From: a virus
Direction: 5' to 3' (one strand)
Virus record (IMG/VR): IMGVR_UViG_3300028909_000018
Coordinates: 43,555 to 107,554 of that record
Length of the DNA stretch: 64,000 bases
The translations under genes were made by a program, and so were the position numbers. The notes below the pieces were generated by a model that had not been told where the DNA came from, searched no databases, and saw only the letters and a program-made list of their open reading frames with translations. The first letter of the stretch is position 1. Each line of letters begins with the position of its first letter. This document shows, piece after piece, positions 39,228 to 49,379 of the stretch.

Positions 39228-42200
39228 TTACTGTGGACCGTGGCCTATACCACCGTAATTTGTGAACAGTTTTTTAATTCGTTCATCGGGTGGAGACACA
39301 GGACCGGCCTCATGCTTCTCCTTTTTGATATCCTTGGCACCATCTTTATCATGAGATTTTAGTTCTGTAAAGAGTTTTTGCATGGCGTCTTGAGGTTTCT
39401 CATTAGGTTTAGAGGCATCCTTGTTGATAGCCGTCTGATTAATCTGGGCTGCGTAGTTTATAAGGTCTGGCTTTTGAATCAATGAATCTAGGTCGGTGTC
39501 TTCTGACTTGTAGAAGTTAGAATCCATCAATTTACTTCCATCATAACCGGCGTCACTTCGACCTTTCATGTTGTCCATTCTACTTCCATCATAACCGGCG
39601 TCTTTACGACCTCGCATGTTGTCCAGACTTCCATCATAAAAGGCGTCATCACGGCCTTTCATGTTGTCCATAGAATTAGGTCTTCCTCTTCCCAGCATCT
39701 TAGGATCGATTAACTTATGTTGCCATCTCTCGGCATTGGCCTTTATTTCAATAGCTTCTTTTTCGTCATCGTCTCTTGGCTGAAGACCACCCGCTCTATT
39801 CTTCATTTCCATAATTCTGTTATTATCAAACATAGAATCATTACGACCCATCATGCCTGCATCACTATCCCGAGAATTGAAACCGCCTAATCTTCCATGC
39901 ATGTTAAAACGAGGATCATGATTTTCTTTCCATCTATTGGCATTGGCCTTTATTTCGGCAGCTTCTCTCTGATCGTCTGTTGGTTGAATACCCATACGGC
40001 CCATCATGCCTGCATCACCGGCCATAGGATTGGAACCACCAAATCTTCCATGCATGTCAGCATGAAGATCATGACCACGATTTCTCATCTGACCAAATCG
40101 TTTGTCGCCATCAAATCCTGAGTCGTCACGGCCCATCATGCCGTTGACACCATCAGTATGTTGTTCAAGAACTTTACCTACAGAGTAGGCAATATTTTGA
40201 GCGGCAGCAACGATGGAAGGATGTGAAGCTTCGGCAGGAGTTTGATCATAATGCTCAGGGTGTTCCTGTCGATATAATGGATTTTGATTTCCATTTAATG
40301 GATTACCCTGACTATCTCTTATTGGAGAATAATTCTTGCCTGCGGATTCACCAAAACCATCCCTAGGAAGCCAATGAAGTCTTTCGTTTACTCCCATTTT
40401 TTCTCTTATATTATGAAATTGTTCAACAATACCCATTTCTCTTGCACCTGTAGCAGGATTAATTCTATATCCCGCAATAGTTCCTGCATGGTCTAAATGA
40501 GCATGGCGTGTCCCCCCTCCCCCACCAGCATATTTGTCGGATTCCGACCCATCTCTATTTAAATGTGTGGAAACAGGTGTTCCAATAGGCAAATCCTTAT
40601 CGAAGGCATTTTCACCTTTTTTAAATGTCCATTGATGAACATTTGATCCGTCTTGGCCCGACCCTTTTCTGACGCCAACACTTGCCATCGCCAAAGAAAC
40701 ACACTCATCATCCGTTATTAATCCTTTATCACGCATGGCCTTTACGTGGTCTAAGACCTGATCCGATGTCTTTAAATCGTTCACCCCACCACCAGAACCG
40801 CCACCAGATTCGTTTCCAATACTTCCCCCGCCCTTAAATCCGGGAGTACCCATACCCTGATCATAGTAATCTTGGGCTCTCTGCATATGTTTTTCAAATG
40901 CAGGAACACCGGGACCACCTTCTCTCATTCCTTCAAAATGTGTTTCCCAAGAATGTGCCGAACCTCTGGCGGTAGATTCATTCTTTATATGAGGAATTAC
41001 ATGTTTATACGTTGTTTCTAATTCATGATCCATAAATCCTTCATTGGCTTCATAACTGGAAGGATTTAACTTATGTTCCTTTGACCATTCAAGAAATGCA
41101 GTTCTACGTGGTCCTGTCCACTGTGCGTATCCATATCCCGATCCAGTTCCAGAATGACCAATTTCTTGTAGAGTTTTAAAATTACCACTTTCATAACCCA
41201 TCACACCAACGGGACCAGTCGCCTGTTCTCTGGTCAGACCATATTTTTCCATCAGATGCTTTGTGAGTTTATCACCAATAGCGGCACCAGCACCACCAAT
41301 ATGACCACCACCACCAGAACCGCCGCCCGAACCTTGTGTTATTGTGTGATCACCACCACCAGAACCGCCGCCCGAACCTTGTGTTATTGTGTGATCACCA
41401 CCAAGCTTTCTTCCAAGAATATCAGCCGCGCCTTGGTTTCTCTGAGCATCGACGGTCTGGCCGAATGTTGGTTGTGTTTGATCAGGAGACACAGAATCGA
41501 CGCCTCCACCGACAGGAAGGGCTACTTGGCCGGTACTTCTCGTGGCGGCAATCTGCTGTTGTGGTGTCTGTATAATATCACCACTCTGAAGCGCCTTGAT
41601 CTGGCTTTCCTTCTGGGCCTTGTCCTTACTCAGATCATCAATTTCTTTTTGAATCTCTTCCTTACGTTTATCGACGGCAGGATTATGCTTTCCGCTCTTG
41701 TCCATCTCATCAAGCTTCTGAACAATCTTCATGAGTGCTTCACGCTGTATTGCAAGATTAGAGTCGTCTTCCTTCACACCGGCCTGTAATTTCTGCGACT
41801 GAAGACTATTATAATAATCCTTTAGGTCTTTTGGACTGTCATTTTCATGACCTCCACTCAAAGGAGTATGATTTTCTCCTTTGTTTCCCCAATTAAGAGC
41901 AGCAGCCAAACCTCCGCCTATCAGACCAGCAGCCAAACCTCCGCCCATCAGACCTTCACTCAAAAATCCCTTAAGACTTCCTAGAAGTTTACTTCCCCAT
42001 TGAACGGCCTTGATTTCCATCCCATCCTTGGCAAGGTCTCCAAAACCCCCGCCGCCACCTGAACCTCCACCGCCACCGCCACCGCCAGAACCTCCACCAC
42101 CCAAAACTAATCTTTCAAGCAGAGAGTTAGTTTTTCTGTTTTCGGTCAGCATGGAGTCAAGAAGAACACCATGGGTCACATTATGCTGATTTATTTGTTC

Positions 42201-42458
42201 AAAACCAAGTTCAAGCGTATTCACAACGTCTTCGTCGTCTGTACTATTACTACTTTTCTTCCTACGTTCCTGACGAACTTCATCCTTCAGTTCTTTGATT
42301 TCTTCGTCGGCCTTCTTCTTGTAGCTAGAAACCAAATCTTGCAGCGCCATGATCTGTGGAAACGCCGCATGTGTGAGATATCTGGCGCTATCGGCCAATA
42401 AAGTTCTGAAGGTACTTTCTGCTGCTTGTTCTTGTTCTTGTTCTTGTTCTTGTGCCAT
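39228..42458 (-). CDS. large virion protein with phage-tail-lysozyme and amidase-like domains
   Basis: G.M..ESG...GYGYAQWTG.RR (Phage_lysozyme2-like); ECVSL..W..G...GT...HA (Cys/His amidase-like); Gly-rich linkers; C-terminal repeats. Confidence 0.7.
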   Translation of the reverse strand: MAQEQEQEQEQAAESTFRTLLADSARYLTHAAFPQIMALQDLVSSYKKKADEEIKELKDEVRQERRKKSSNSTDDEDVVNTLELGFEQINQHNVTHGVLLDSMLTENRKTNSLLERLVLGGGGSGGGGGGGGSGGGGGFGDLAKDGMEIKAVQWGSKLLGSLKGFLSEGLMGGGLAAGLIGGGLAAALNWGNKGENHTPLSGGHENDSPKDLKDYYNSLQSQKLQAGVKEDDSNLAIQREALMKIVQKLDEMDKSGKHNPAVDKRKEEIQKEIDDLSKDKAQKESQIKALQSGDIIQTPQQQIAATRSTGQVALPVGGGVDSVSPDQTQPTFGQTVDAQRNQGAADILGRKLGGDHTITQGSGGGSGGGDHTITQGSGGGSGGGGHIGGAGAAIGDKLTKHLMEKYGLTREQATGPVGVMGYESGNFKTLQEIGHSGTGSGYGYAQWTGPRRTAFLEWSKEHKLNPSSYEANEGFMDHELETTYKHVIPHIKNESTARGSAHSWETHFEGMREGGPGVPAFEKHMQRAQDYYDQGMGTPGFKGGGSIGNESGGGSGGGVNDLKTSDQVLDHVKAMRDKGLITDDECVSLAMASVGVRKGSGQDGSNVHQWTFKKGENAFDKDLPIGTPVSTHLNRDGSESDKYAGGGGGTRHAHLDHAGTIAGYRINPATGAREMGIVEQFHNIREKMGVNERLHWLPRDGFGESAGKNYSPIRDSQGNPLNGNQNPLYRQEHPEHYDQTPAEASHPSIVAAAQNIAYSVGKVLEQHTDGVNGMMGRDDSGFDGDKRFGQMRNRGHDLHADMHGRFGGSNPMAGDAGMMGRMGIQPTDDQREAAEIKANANRWKENHDPRFNMHGRLGGFNSRDSDAGMMGRNDSMFDNNRIMEMKNRAGGLQPRDDDEKEAIEIKANAERWQHKLIDPKMLGRGRPNSMDNMKGRDDAFYDGSLDNMRGRKDAGYDGSRMDNMKGRSDAGYDGSKLMDSNFYKSEDTDLDSLIQKPDLINYAAQINQTAINKDASKPNEKPQDAMQKLFTELKSHDKDGAKDIKKEKHEAGPVSPPDERIKKLFTNYGGIGHGPQ
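39525..39672 (-). repeat. 48-bp (16-aa) tandem repeats MDNMxGRxDAxYDGS
   Basis: about three imperfect in-frame copies. Confidence 0.8.
41305..41403 (-). repeat. tandem duplication GGDHTITQGSGGGSGGG
   Basis: near-perfect direct repeat. Confidence 0.8.
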
Positions 42459-42518
42459 GGAATCCCTGAAAAAAATAAATATCTGATACTTTTAATATTT
42501 ATTCAAGGACCAAAGGCC

Positions 42519-42956
42519 ATGGAATATGATCCCGACGACTCGATTCAGTCGCAACTTTTAAAAGAAACTTGGTTCAAACAATGGCATCTCTTTGCGGCAT
42601 GGTTATATCTCACCATCATAGCGTTTGATTTTTTGATAGCGCCTATCACCAACGTCGTCATTCTGGCATACTTTAAATACCCCATCATCGCATGGGCTCC
42701 GATCACACTTCAAGGTGGTGGAATATTTCACATATCCATGTTGGCTGTTATTGGCGTGGCGACATGGGGCCAGAGTCGCCAGATGGTGGAGCAGATAAGG
42801 AACATGCCGGATTATTCTAACTTTGGTGGTGGTTACGGAGGCTATGGAGGCGGTTCACAGATGGAGCAGCAACCATCCCCCAATATGCCGCTAAACCCGC
42901 CAGTGGACCCTAAAACCGTGTTACAGGCACCACACCGAGGTATACCCAAAGGATAA
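42519..42956 (+). CDS. holin-like protein (3TM/GTA-type)
   Basis: W...AW.Y..I..FDF..P...W.PITLQGGG.FH..M.A..GV..W. Confidence 0.7.
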   Translation: MEYDPDDSIQSQLLKETWFKQWHLFAAWLYLTIIAFDFLIAPITNVVILAYFKYPIIAWAPITLQGGGIFHISMLAVIGVATWGQSRQMVEQIRNMPDYSNFGGGYGGYGGGSQMEQQPSPNMPLNPPVDPKTVLQAPHRGIPKG

Positions 42957-42957
42957 T

Positions 42958-42985
42958 AAAAAGGGGAGCCGAAGCCCCCCTTTAT
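42958..42985. terminator. bidirectional intrinsic terminator
   Basis: GGGGAGC-CGAA-GCCCCC hairpin between convergent genes, A/T tracts on both sides. Confidence 0.7.
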
Positions 42986-43013
42986 CTTTTTCGTAGGATG
43001 ATTAGGTGTCAAA

Positions 43014-43982
43014 TTAAAAGGGGATGTCGTCCTCGACTGTATTCTTTTTCAGGCTGGAGAAAAATTCATCAGTCTGGTCAGATACAGATTCCTTCTGAAT
43101 AGACGCAGAGGATTTTGGTTCCGCCGTGGCGAATGACCGAGCCGGTTCGGAAGCCGCCTGAGAAGAGGTAAGGTTCTTACCATTCCATAGGGCAGTATCA
43201 AAGCCAACAACGTCATCCAAACGCTTCTTCAGGTCGGCGTAAGGCTTGAAGTTCTTGGGTTCCAGATAGGATTTGATCGACCAAGTTTTATATTGCTCGT
43301 AAATCTTCTCTAGCTCTTCATCGGGAGCCAATGGTCCGGGAGGATCGAACGAAGAAGTATTATAGCTCCGTTGCATCCGACCGTCCTTACGCTCCGAAAT
43401 AATTTCGATGCGAAAGTTGGCACCATCCCACAGGTCGAAAGGATTGATCTTCTTCTTCCCGGCAAACTTCGGGAACATGACAGCCTCAATCTTATCCATC
43501 GCCCACTTGCCGAACTTGAACTTGACAACCCGACCGTTGTTTTCAGGATGCACACTATCTTCGATGACATAGAAGTTAGCGACATAATGAATCTTGCGGG
43601 ATTGGTGCGTGGCCTGCTGACGGTTAGGATGGGTCTTGGCCACCTTGTCGTCATTCGCGCCGGGAACCGAGTTCCAAAGCTTCTTATTGAATTCCATGAC
43701 AGGATCGGCACCCTCGTCCAATGTGAACAGGCAGTTTTCGATATACCACTTAGAAGTGGTCTTGTCCTGAAACTCGTGGCTCCACCAACGGGCGAAATCC
43801 AGATCGTCTGGTGTGATACGGGGAAGGAAACGACCAACAGCAAACCCGTTGCCGTTCTTGTCTACACTAGGATACCATTCGTTTGGATCAGACTCAAATG
43901 TCTTCTTTTCCAGCTTGGTAACGTCTTCTTCTAGCTTCTTGAAACTCTCTTGACGATTTTTCTTTAGGTCTTTAAAACTCAA
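43014..43982 (-). CDS. 32: single-stranded DNA-binding protein gp32
   Basis: DKNGNG.A..RFLP, WYIENC..T, NPFD.W.GANF, Y..S.F, acidic DDIPF tail. Confidence 0.95.
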   Translation of the reverse strand: MSFKDLKKNRQESFKKLEEDVTKLEKKTFESDPNEWYPSVDKNGNGFAVGRFLPRITPDDLDFARWWSHEFQDKTTSKWYIENCLFTLDEGADPVMEFNKKLWNSVPGANDDKVAKTHPNRQQATHQSRKIHYVANFYVIEDSVHPENNGRVVKFKFGKWAMDKIEAVMFPKFAGKKKINPFDLWDGANFRIEIISERKDGRMQRSYNTSSFDPPGPLAPDEELEKIYEQYKTWSIKSYLEPKNFKPYADLKKRLDDVVGFDTALWNGKNLTSSQAASEPARSFATAEPKSSASIQKESVSDQTDEFFSSLKKNTVEDDIPF

Positions 43983-44352
43983 CTTATTTTCTCCTGTGAT
44001 GTTGTGATCTTTGTGATGATGTGATCAGGGATTATCCCTACTTCTATTTATCACATTTCTATCGAAAATACCAGCAAATTCTAAGCAAATCTGAAATTAT
44101 TTTCGATAAACTTATATAGCCGATCTGGACAGTAATTAAATTCAATTGACATCATATAGGCCTCATAGACAAGCTTTTGGAGTCTTCTAAATTCTGGTTC
44201 ATAATCCACCATTTCTGATTCGAGCCTTATCCCTCTATCGGCACATTCCTCTTCAAGGTCATCATCAGATAAATCTTCGAAGAAATCATATTTTCTATAT
44301 TCTAGCTCATCGATAAGATCATCTAAATCATATTCTTTAAGAGGCCGATCAC

Positions 44353-44589
44353 TCATTCGAAATCCTTTGGAAGCTTGGGAGTTTTCTTGATGAAGTTCAT
44401 CTTCTCGGCCACGATGAAGAGCCTGCTCTTGAACTCGGGGTCTTTTTTGAGAATGGGAACTATCGTGTCTAATTCAATACCATCTTTCTCACAGATTGTC
44501 AAGATTGAATCTATGAAGTCGATGTTTTTTTCACAAAGGGCCTCCACCTTGGCGCGGAAGGCCTCGATATCAAATTCGAACTTGTTCAA
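44353..44589 (-). CDS. 33: late transcription co-activator gp33
   Basis: ID.I...CE..GIE.......AE.MNF.K. Confidence 0.8.
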   Translation of the reverse strand: MNKFEFDIEAFRAKVEALCEKNIDFIDSILTICEKDGIELDTIVPILKKDPEFKSRLFIVAEKMNFIKKTPKLPKDFE

Positions 44590-44966
44590 AACAATTCTTT
44601 CATGTTGGCGGCATATTCTCGGGCGAGAGTCAGCGCATCTTCATAGGAGTAAGTTGTAATTTGCTCTTCGTCGGTCAGGCGAGGAACGTAATCCCCACCG
44701 GCATGATCAATATCCTCCACGTAATATTTGACGCTCTTGGCGACGTTATAATCATTAGTATACGGATATTTACCGAACATACTGACTTCTAAACCGACGA
44801 TAATCTTCTGCCTGACGACAGGTTCATAATAAATCTGTTCCGATACCCACTCCACGTCACCAATTCTCTGTTTAATTTGCTTAGTTCTTCTATAGGAACG
44901 GGCCACATAGAAGACATGTCCTATGGCATATTTTGTTCTGATTTCCATGTAAATTTCCTTCAAAAT

Positions 44967-45048
44967 TGGCACCCTCGGCTGGATTCGAACCAGCGTTTGC
45001 AACTCCACTACAGATAACGGCTTAGAAGACCGAACTGGTTACGAGGGT
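44967..45048 (-). tRNA. D-arm-less tRNA-Arg(UCU)-like RNA
   Basis: perfect 7-bp acceptor plus GCCA, canonical T-arm, loop CTTCTAA, only ~8 nt where the D-arm should be. Confidence 0.6.
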
Positions 45049-45057
45049 ATTAAATAT

Positions 45058-46107
45058 TTATTCGCGTGTAAACTCCTTGAAGTCGGCCTTCTTATTAAAC
45101 TCTTCAAGGAGAATATTTTCTACCTCTTCGAGTTGTAAAAGAGGGCTGGTGGCCTTAACCTCATGAAATTTACAGTCATATTCAACGAGAAGGTCTCGCC
45201 AGAATTTCATATCCGTCTCACGCTTATCACCGCCATAACGGAGTTGATCCGGCTCGAAAGGTATACTATCATTCATCAGAAAATAAATGTCAGATTTAGA
45301 AACTTTAAATAGGGTTTCACAAATCTTAGGCCATGAACCTTTCCACAGTTTATAGTATCCAATCGTGGAAAGCAAGTCCGTATCTTGAAGAATGAATGGA
45401 GTTAATTTCTCTCGCGCCACCGTCTGAGAAGCAAATTGTCCATAGACAATGTTTAACATCTTCTCATCAGTAATTTCAGGACCGACAGCCTCAAGATAAC
45501 CACGAGCCCATTCTGGAACTCTTGTACTATCGAAAGACCCCCAATTAAATACGGCCCTAGTCATGGTGGATTTGCCCACAGACTCTTGTCCAAAAAATGT
45601 GGCCACGACACCATACTTCCGTCGAAGAGAAGGAACTAAATCATCAAAATTAGACAACGGATTGTCTCTGAGATGCGTCGCCTTTGACGCATTGATGACT
45701 CGATCAATATCAAAGGGAATGAAGCTTGCGCCGATAACCTTTGATAGTTCGATCCCATAATTTTCTGAGGCAAAGAGAAAATCAAACTTAGTCACGCCTG
45801 TTTCATCTTCGATCATCTCACACCAGAAGTTCCAAAAGTCAGGATGATCTGGTGGATTTTGAGGAACGTCATCATTCTGATTTAAATGAAAAATGAGATT
45901 ACAGGAATCATAATAATTCTGAAATTCATTCTTCAAGGCCAGATAACGAACCCAACCATCCATCGGCTCGAAACTACGAGAGTTGATGAGAACATGCAAC
46001 GTGTAATCATATCCCTCGGTCTCAAAAAAATCAAGACCAAACTGAATCAATGCCTTATGACCGTTGGTCGGAGGAAGAGCCGTCATCACGATGATGCCAC
46101 GTCGCAT
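45058..46107 (-). CDS. nadR: NadR-like NMN adenylyltransferase / ribosylnicotinamide kinase
   Basis: PPTNGH nucleotidyltransferase motif; G.ES.GKST, E.ARGY, DTD, D.LR kinase domain; next to pnuC. Confidence 0.88.
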   Translation of the reverse strand: MRRGIIVMTALPPTNGHKALIQFGLDFFETEGYDYTLHVLINSRSFEPMDGWVRYLALKNEFQNYYDSCNLIFHLNQNDDVPQNPPDHPDFWNFWCEMIEDETGVTKFDFLFASENYGIELSKVIGASFIPFDIDRVINASKATHLRDNPLSNFDDLVPSLRRKYGVVATFFGQESVGKSTMTRAVFNWGSFDSTRVPEWARGYLEAVGPEITDEKMLNIVYGQFASQTVAREKLTPFILQDTDLLSTIGYYKLWKGSWPKICETLFKVSKSDIYFLMNDSIPFEPDQLRYGGDKRETDMKFWRDLLVEYDCKFHEVKATSPLLQLEEVENILLEEFNKKADFKEFTRE

Positions 46108-46118
46108 GTTTTTAATCC

Positions 46119-46805
46119 TTAATGATTTACAATTTCAAACTTCTGAACGGCGGCGGTAATCGAAGGAGTCTTCATCGACTTCCACCAGAGATATAGAGCC
46201 CAGATAGCATTAAGAATGAAGAAACCCATCTGGATGGAAAGAATCTTCAGGTCTTCATTCCAGTAGACAAACACCGAAATGATGTCAACGGCAATCCAGA
46301 GAATCCAATTTTCGATTTTCTTATTGTCCAGCATGAACTGAGCCAAAATTGAAAGAACAAGAATTGAAGTATCCCATGCGGCATTTGTGCCACCAAAATA
46401 ATTATTCGCTTCCATACAGGCCAGACCGACGCCTGCTGTCAAAACGATATAAACCGGCCACCACTTGGCTTCGATAAAAGTTACCGGGCGAGTGTCGGCA
46501 TCGGGCTTCCATCGAAACCAGCCATATAACAAAGTCGGAAACAAGTAGACCTGTAGAGCCATCGAAGACAGAAGATTCGATTGATAAAACAGAAGACAGA
46601 GAGCGGCGACGGAAATTGCTCCAATCGGATAATTCCACCGAGACTGAAAGACGCACAGGAATGTACACCAATAAGAAGTGAATACAGAAAATGCCTCCAG
46701 CGGATTTACGCTCGGAATCCATCCAAAGAAGAGAGCAGTCTCATAAGAGATTGCCGTAGCAATCAGACCACAGACGATAGAAATACCTTGATTTTTCCAA
46801 AACAT
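46119..46805 (-). CDS. pnuC: nicotinamide riboside transporter PnuC
   Basis: N.P.G, YGW..W, SI.AQ....K.IENW..WI.VD. Confidence 0.9.
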   Translation of the reverse strand: MFWKNQGISIVCGLIATAISYETALFFGWIPSVNPLEAFSVFTSYWCTFLCVFQSRWNYPIGAISVAALCLLFYQSNLLSSMALQVYLFPTLLYGWFRWKPDADTRPVTFIEAKWWPVYIVLTAGVGLACMEANNYFGGTNAAWDTSILVLSILAQFMLDNKKIENWILWIAVDIISVFVYWNEDLKILSIQMGFFILNAIWALYLWWKSMKTPSITAAVQKFEIVNH

Positions 46806-47227
46806 TTAATATCCTTTCATTCGTTTCATTATTATACTTCTAAGACTATAGCCGAAAAAAGAGGGTTTGTAAACCCCCTTCCTCGACATCGTAAGAAAAT
46901 CAGGCCGACTTGACGGCGACATTCACATTTTGAAAATTGTGGTAGACGACCTTGTTATCGAGCATCCCTGTCGTCCAAGCCTTCTGGCTTTCCCAGACGG
47001 TATAAAGAAATCCATCCTCGGAATTCAGGTTGATGGCGATGTCGCAAGCATCGATAAAATCCTTGAAGGTTCCTACCAATTCTTGGTTAGCGCCGCCAAT
47101 CACGATATAATTCATTGCACAAATCTCCAATTTTTTTTTCGCAGCCACCCCGAATGGCCTAACTGCATGACAAGAACCTACTCCTTCAAAATGGTTCCGT
47201 CAAGATAACGTGAGCGGAAAAAAAGAA

Positions 47228-47254
47228 AAAGGCCGGGAAGAACTCCCGGCCTTA
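47228..47254. terminator. intrinsic terminator
   Basis: AAGGCCGGGA-AGAAC-TCCCGGCCTT with U-tract on the minus strand. Confidence 0.75.
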
Positions 47255-47272
47255 TTAATGACTAATTATGAA

Positions 47273-47770
47273 TTAGGCGCGGCGTTTACCGATCATGGAC
47301 TGTACGACATTTCCGATGTTCATTTCCGACGACTTGATACCAGTATGAGCAGTCGTCTTGTCACCATTTTCCTCGACGCTCACGATAAACGATGTTATGT
47401 CGTCACGCAGTCGGTGCAGGAAGGTCACCAGCGCATCATCCTTATTGGAAGCCTCATGAACCGGCGCAGGCGCGGGAGGGGCAGGTGCCGAGGCGGCGGT
47501 TTTGATTCTGGGATACGGGCTCTCGGTGGGCTGAAAATAAGGATAGGACTCTTCCATGTAGGTCTTCCCATTTTCCTTCATGTTATATGCGAGGGCGTGG
47601 TACCAGACGGAGGGAACAATTCTCCTACCATTTCTATCATCAATTCTGGCATTATTGATGGCGGCGAAGGCCTCGGATCGTGTGTGGCCTTTCTTCAGAT
47701 TTGACATAACCTTGGCAACCTGAGCAGAAATGGTTTCATTTGATTTGATATTCATGATGAAATACTCCAT
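47273..47770 (-). CDS. hypothetical early protein with Pro/Ala linker
   Basis: ORF between a TTGACA promoter and a terminator. Confidence 0.6.
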   Translation of the reverse strand: MEYFIMNIKSNETISAQVAKVMSNLKKGHTRSEAFAAINNARIDDRNGRRIVPSVWYHALAYNMKENGKTYMEESYPYFQPTESPYPRIKTAASAPAPPAPAPVHEASNKDDALVTFLHRLRDDITSFIVSVEENGDKTTAHTGIKSSEMNIGNVVQSMIGKRRA

Positions 47771-47906
47771 AAGTCACGCTGAGGAAGAGACTATCTCTTC
47801 GGCGTCTTGTGTATGCCAGCATGTATATAAGATGTCAAGAAATTTTTTGTAAAGATAAGATTTTTATTGACAGGAACCTTTTGGACACATCAGAGTTGAC
47901 AAAAAA

Positions 47907-47931
47907 AAATCCCCGATTTCTCGGGGATTTT
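47907..47931. terminator. intrinsic terminator
   Basis: AAATCCCCGA-TTTC-TCGGGGATTT with U-tract on the minus strand. Confidence 0.8.
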
Positions 47932-47938
47932 CAGAGAC

Positions 47939-48895
47939 TTAGGCTTTGTTGGCCATGTCAACGGCTAGGCTGAAGGCCTTCAGCTTCTTATCCTTTACCT
48001 GTCCATACCACATATTCTCGACCCGCGCTTCGTCGGTTCGGCCCATCAGGTGATCCGTGACGTAAGTGACGGCATTGAGAGCCTGCCACCAAGTTCCCGG
48101 CCCGAATTCAACACCGGGCTGATAGGCCAGAGCCTTGACGGCCAGAGTAGCATTCGAAGAGGCTTCCTTCGGCTTACGCTTGGAATTTTCCTTGACGACC
48201 TGTACCGGGAAGACTTCGTTAAAATATTCCTTGACAGTCTCTTCAGAATACCGCTTGGAACCGAGGAAAGCCGCCGCCTCACCGTATTGCTCGAATTTCT
48301 CGTTGGCGATACCCATCGTCTGCTTCGCGGCGGTGGCGTCGAAGACCACCCGATGCGAAGATTTAAAGGCGTTGTCAGAAACACCGTTGAGGGCCATCGT
48401 CAGCGTGTTGTTGCAGACGACGCGGGTAGGGGTGAACCGAACGTCAATGGACTTACCATAACGATGTGTGTTGGTGAAAAGAAGGTAGCTCTCGACACGA
48501 TCCCCACCGAAGAGGGTAAAGGACTTGTTAACCTTGGCCAGAGCCCATACATACTGACCCTCACGCAGGGAGCCAGCGGTTTCCATCGTCATGTCACCAG
48601 CATCCACAAATTCGCGGAAGAAGTCGAAGGCAACCTCGTTCTGTAAAGGCTCCCAATCGTCTCCCACCACATCCATCAGCTTGCCATCCGACATGCGACG
48701 CAGGGACTTGTTCTTCGTCACCGGACCATACTTGTCACCCATTTCACACTTTTCAACTTCCCAATCGCACTTCGCGGCGACGAGCATTTCATGAGCGGTG
48801 AGATTTCCGGCAACCTTGTAACCAAGGGAATGCCAAGGGGTTTCGCCTCCCCACTCTTTACCAACATAAGCCATCTCTTCTACCATATGTGCCAT
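47939..48895 (-). CDS. DUF932 (TIGR03299 phage/plasmid-like) protein
   Basis: TPWH.LG, PLQN..AF.F, ETAGSL..G..VW.LA, TP.RVVCNNTL, GT.W.A.NAVT..DH. Confidence 0.9.
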   Translation of the reverse strand: MAHMVEEMAYVGKEWGGETPWHSLGYKVAGNLTAHEMLVAAKCDWEVEKCEMGDKYGPVTKNKSLRRMSDGKLMDVVGDDWEPLQNEVAFDFFREFVDAGDMTMETAGSLREGQYVWALAKVNKSFTLFGGDRVESYLLFTNTHRYGKSIDVRFTPTRVVCNNTLTMALNGVSDNAFKSSHRVVFDATAAKQTMGIANEKFEQYGEAAAFLGSKRYSEETVKEYFNEVFPVQVVKENSKRKPKEASSNATLAVKALAYQPGVEFGPGTWWQALNAVTYVTDHLMGRTDEARVENMWYGQVKDKKLKAFSLAVDMANKA

Positions 48896-49010
48896 TTTAA
48901 AATCCTTGATCTGCGGTGAAGGCCAGTCCCTCATCCATGTCCAACTTATAAATGATTTCGTTTTCGCTGTCAATGATAATTTTGATAAATATTCAAAAAA
49001 GGGGAGAAAA

Positions 49011-49379
49011 ATGTTTTCACAAGAGGTTTTCGCTGGTGCTGACTTCACATACACGTCAAACGTATCGCTTTCGAACAGCGCGACATGGACGGCGAATGCC
49101 TTCCTTACGACGCTAGACCTTCTGGACGTCTTTAACGGAAATTCAGAGATTGGACTTCTGACGGCAAATCTCGCCCCTATCGTCACCAACACCCCCAACG
49201 CCACCAATTATTCCCTGACGCTGAGTGCTTCCGGTAGCCTGACGGCGCAATGGATTGCCAACTCGGTCAATATCAATGAGCGGGTATTATATCTTTTCAC
49301 AAAATTTACAAGTAATACGGGAGCCGTGCAGACTGGTAACACGGCTCTCCTTCGTGTCAAGGCGGCGGTTTTAAATTAA
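49011..49379 (+). CDS. probable virion structural protein
   Basis: GATAAATA at 48984, GGAG RBS, N/S/T-rich. Confidence 0.6.
   Translation: MFSQEVFAGADFTYTSNVSLSNSATWTANAFLTTLDLLDVFNGNSEIGLLTANLAPIVTNTPNATNYSLTLSASGSLTAQWIANSVNINERVLYLFTKFTSNTGAVQTGNTALLRVKAAVLN

Noticed and set aside
39525-39672. CRISPR-like array
   Set aside because: The repeats are in-frame coding repeats without unique spacers; no cas genes are in the window.
44941-45008. ORF-track N-terminal extensions running through tRNA genes (also 52747-53286, 56992-57516)
   Set aside because: The extensions overlap tRNAs; real starts with RBSs lie downstream, or the ORF is spurious.
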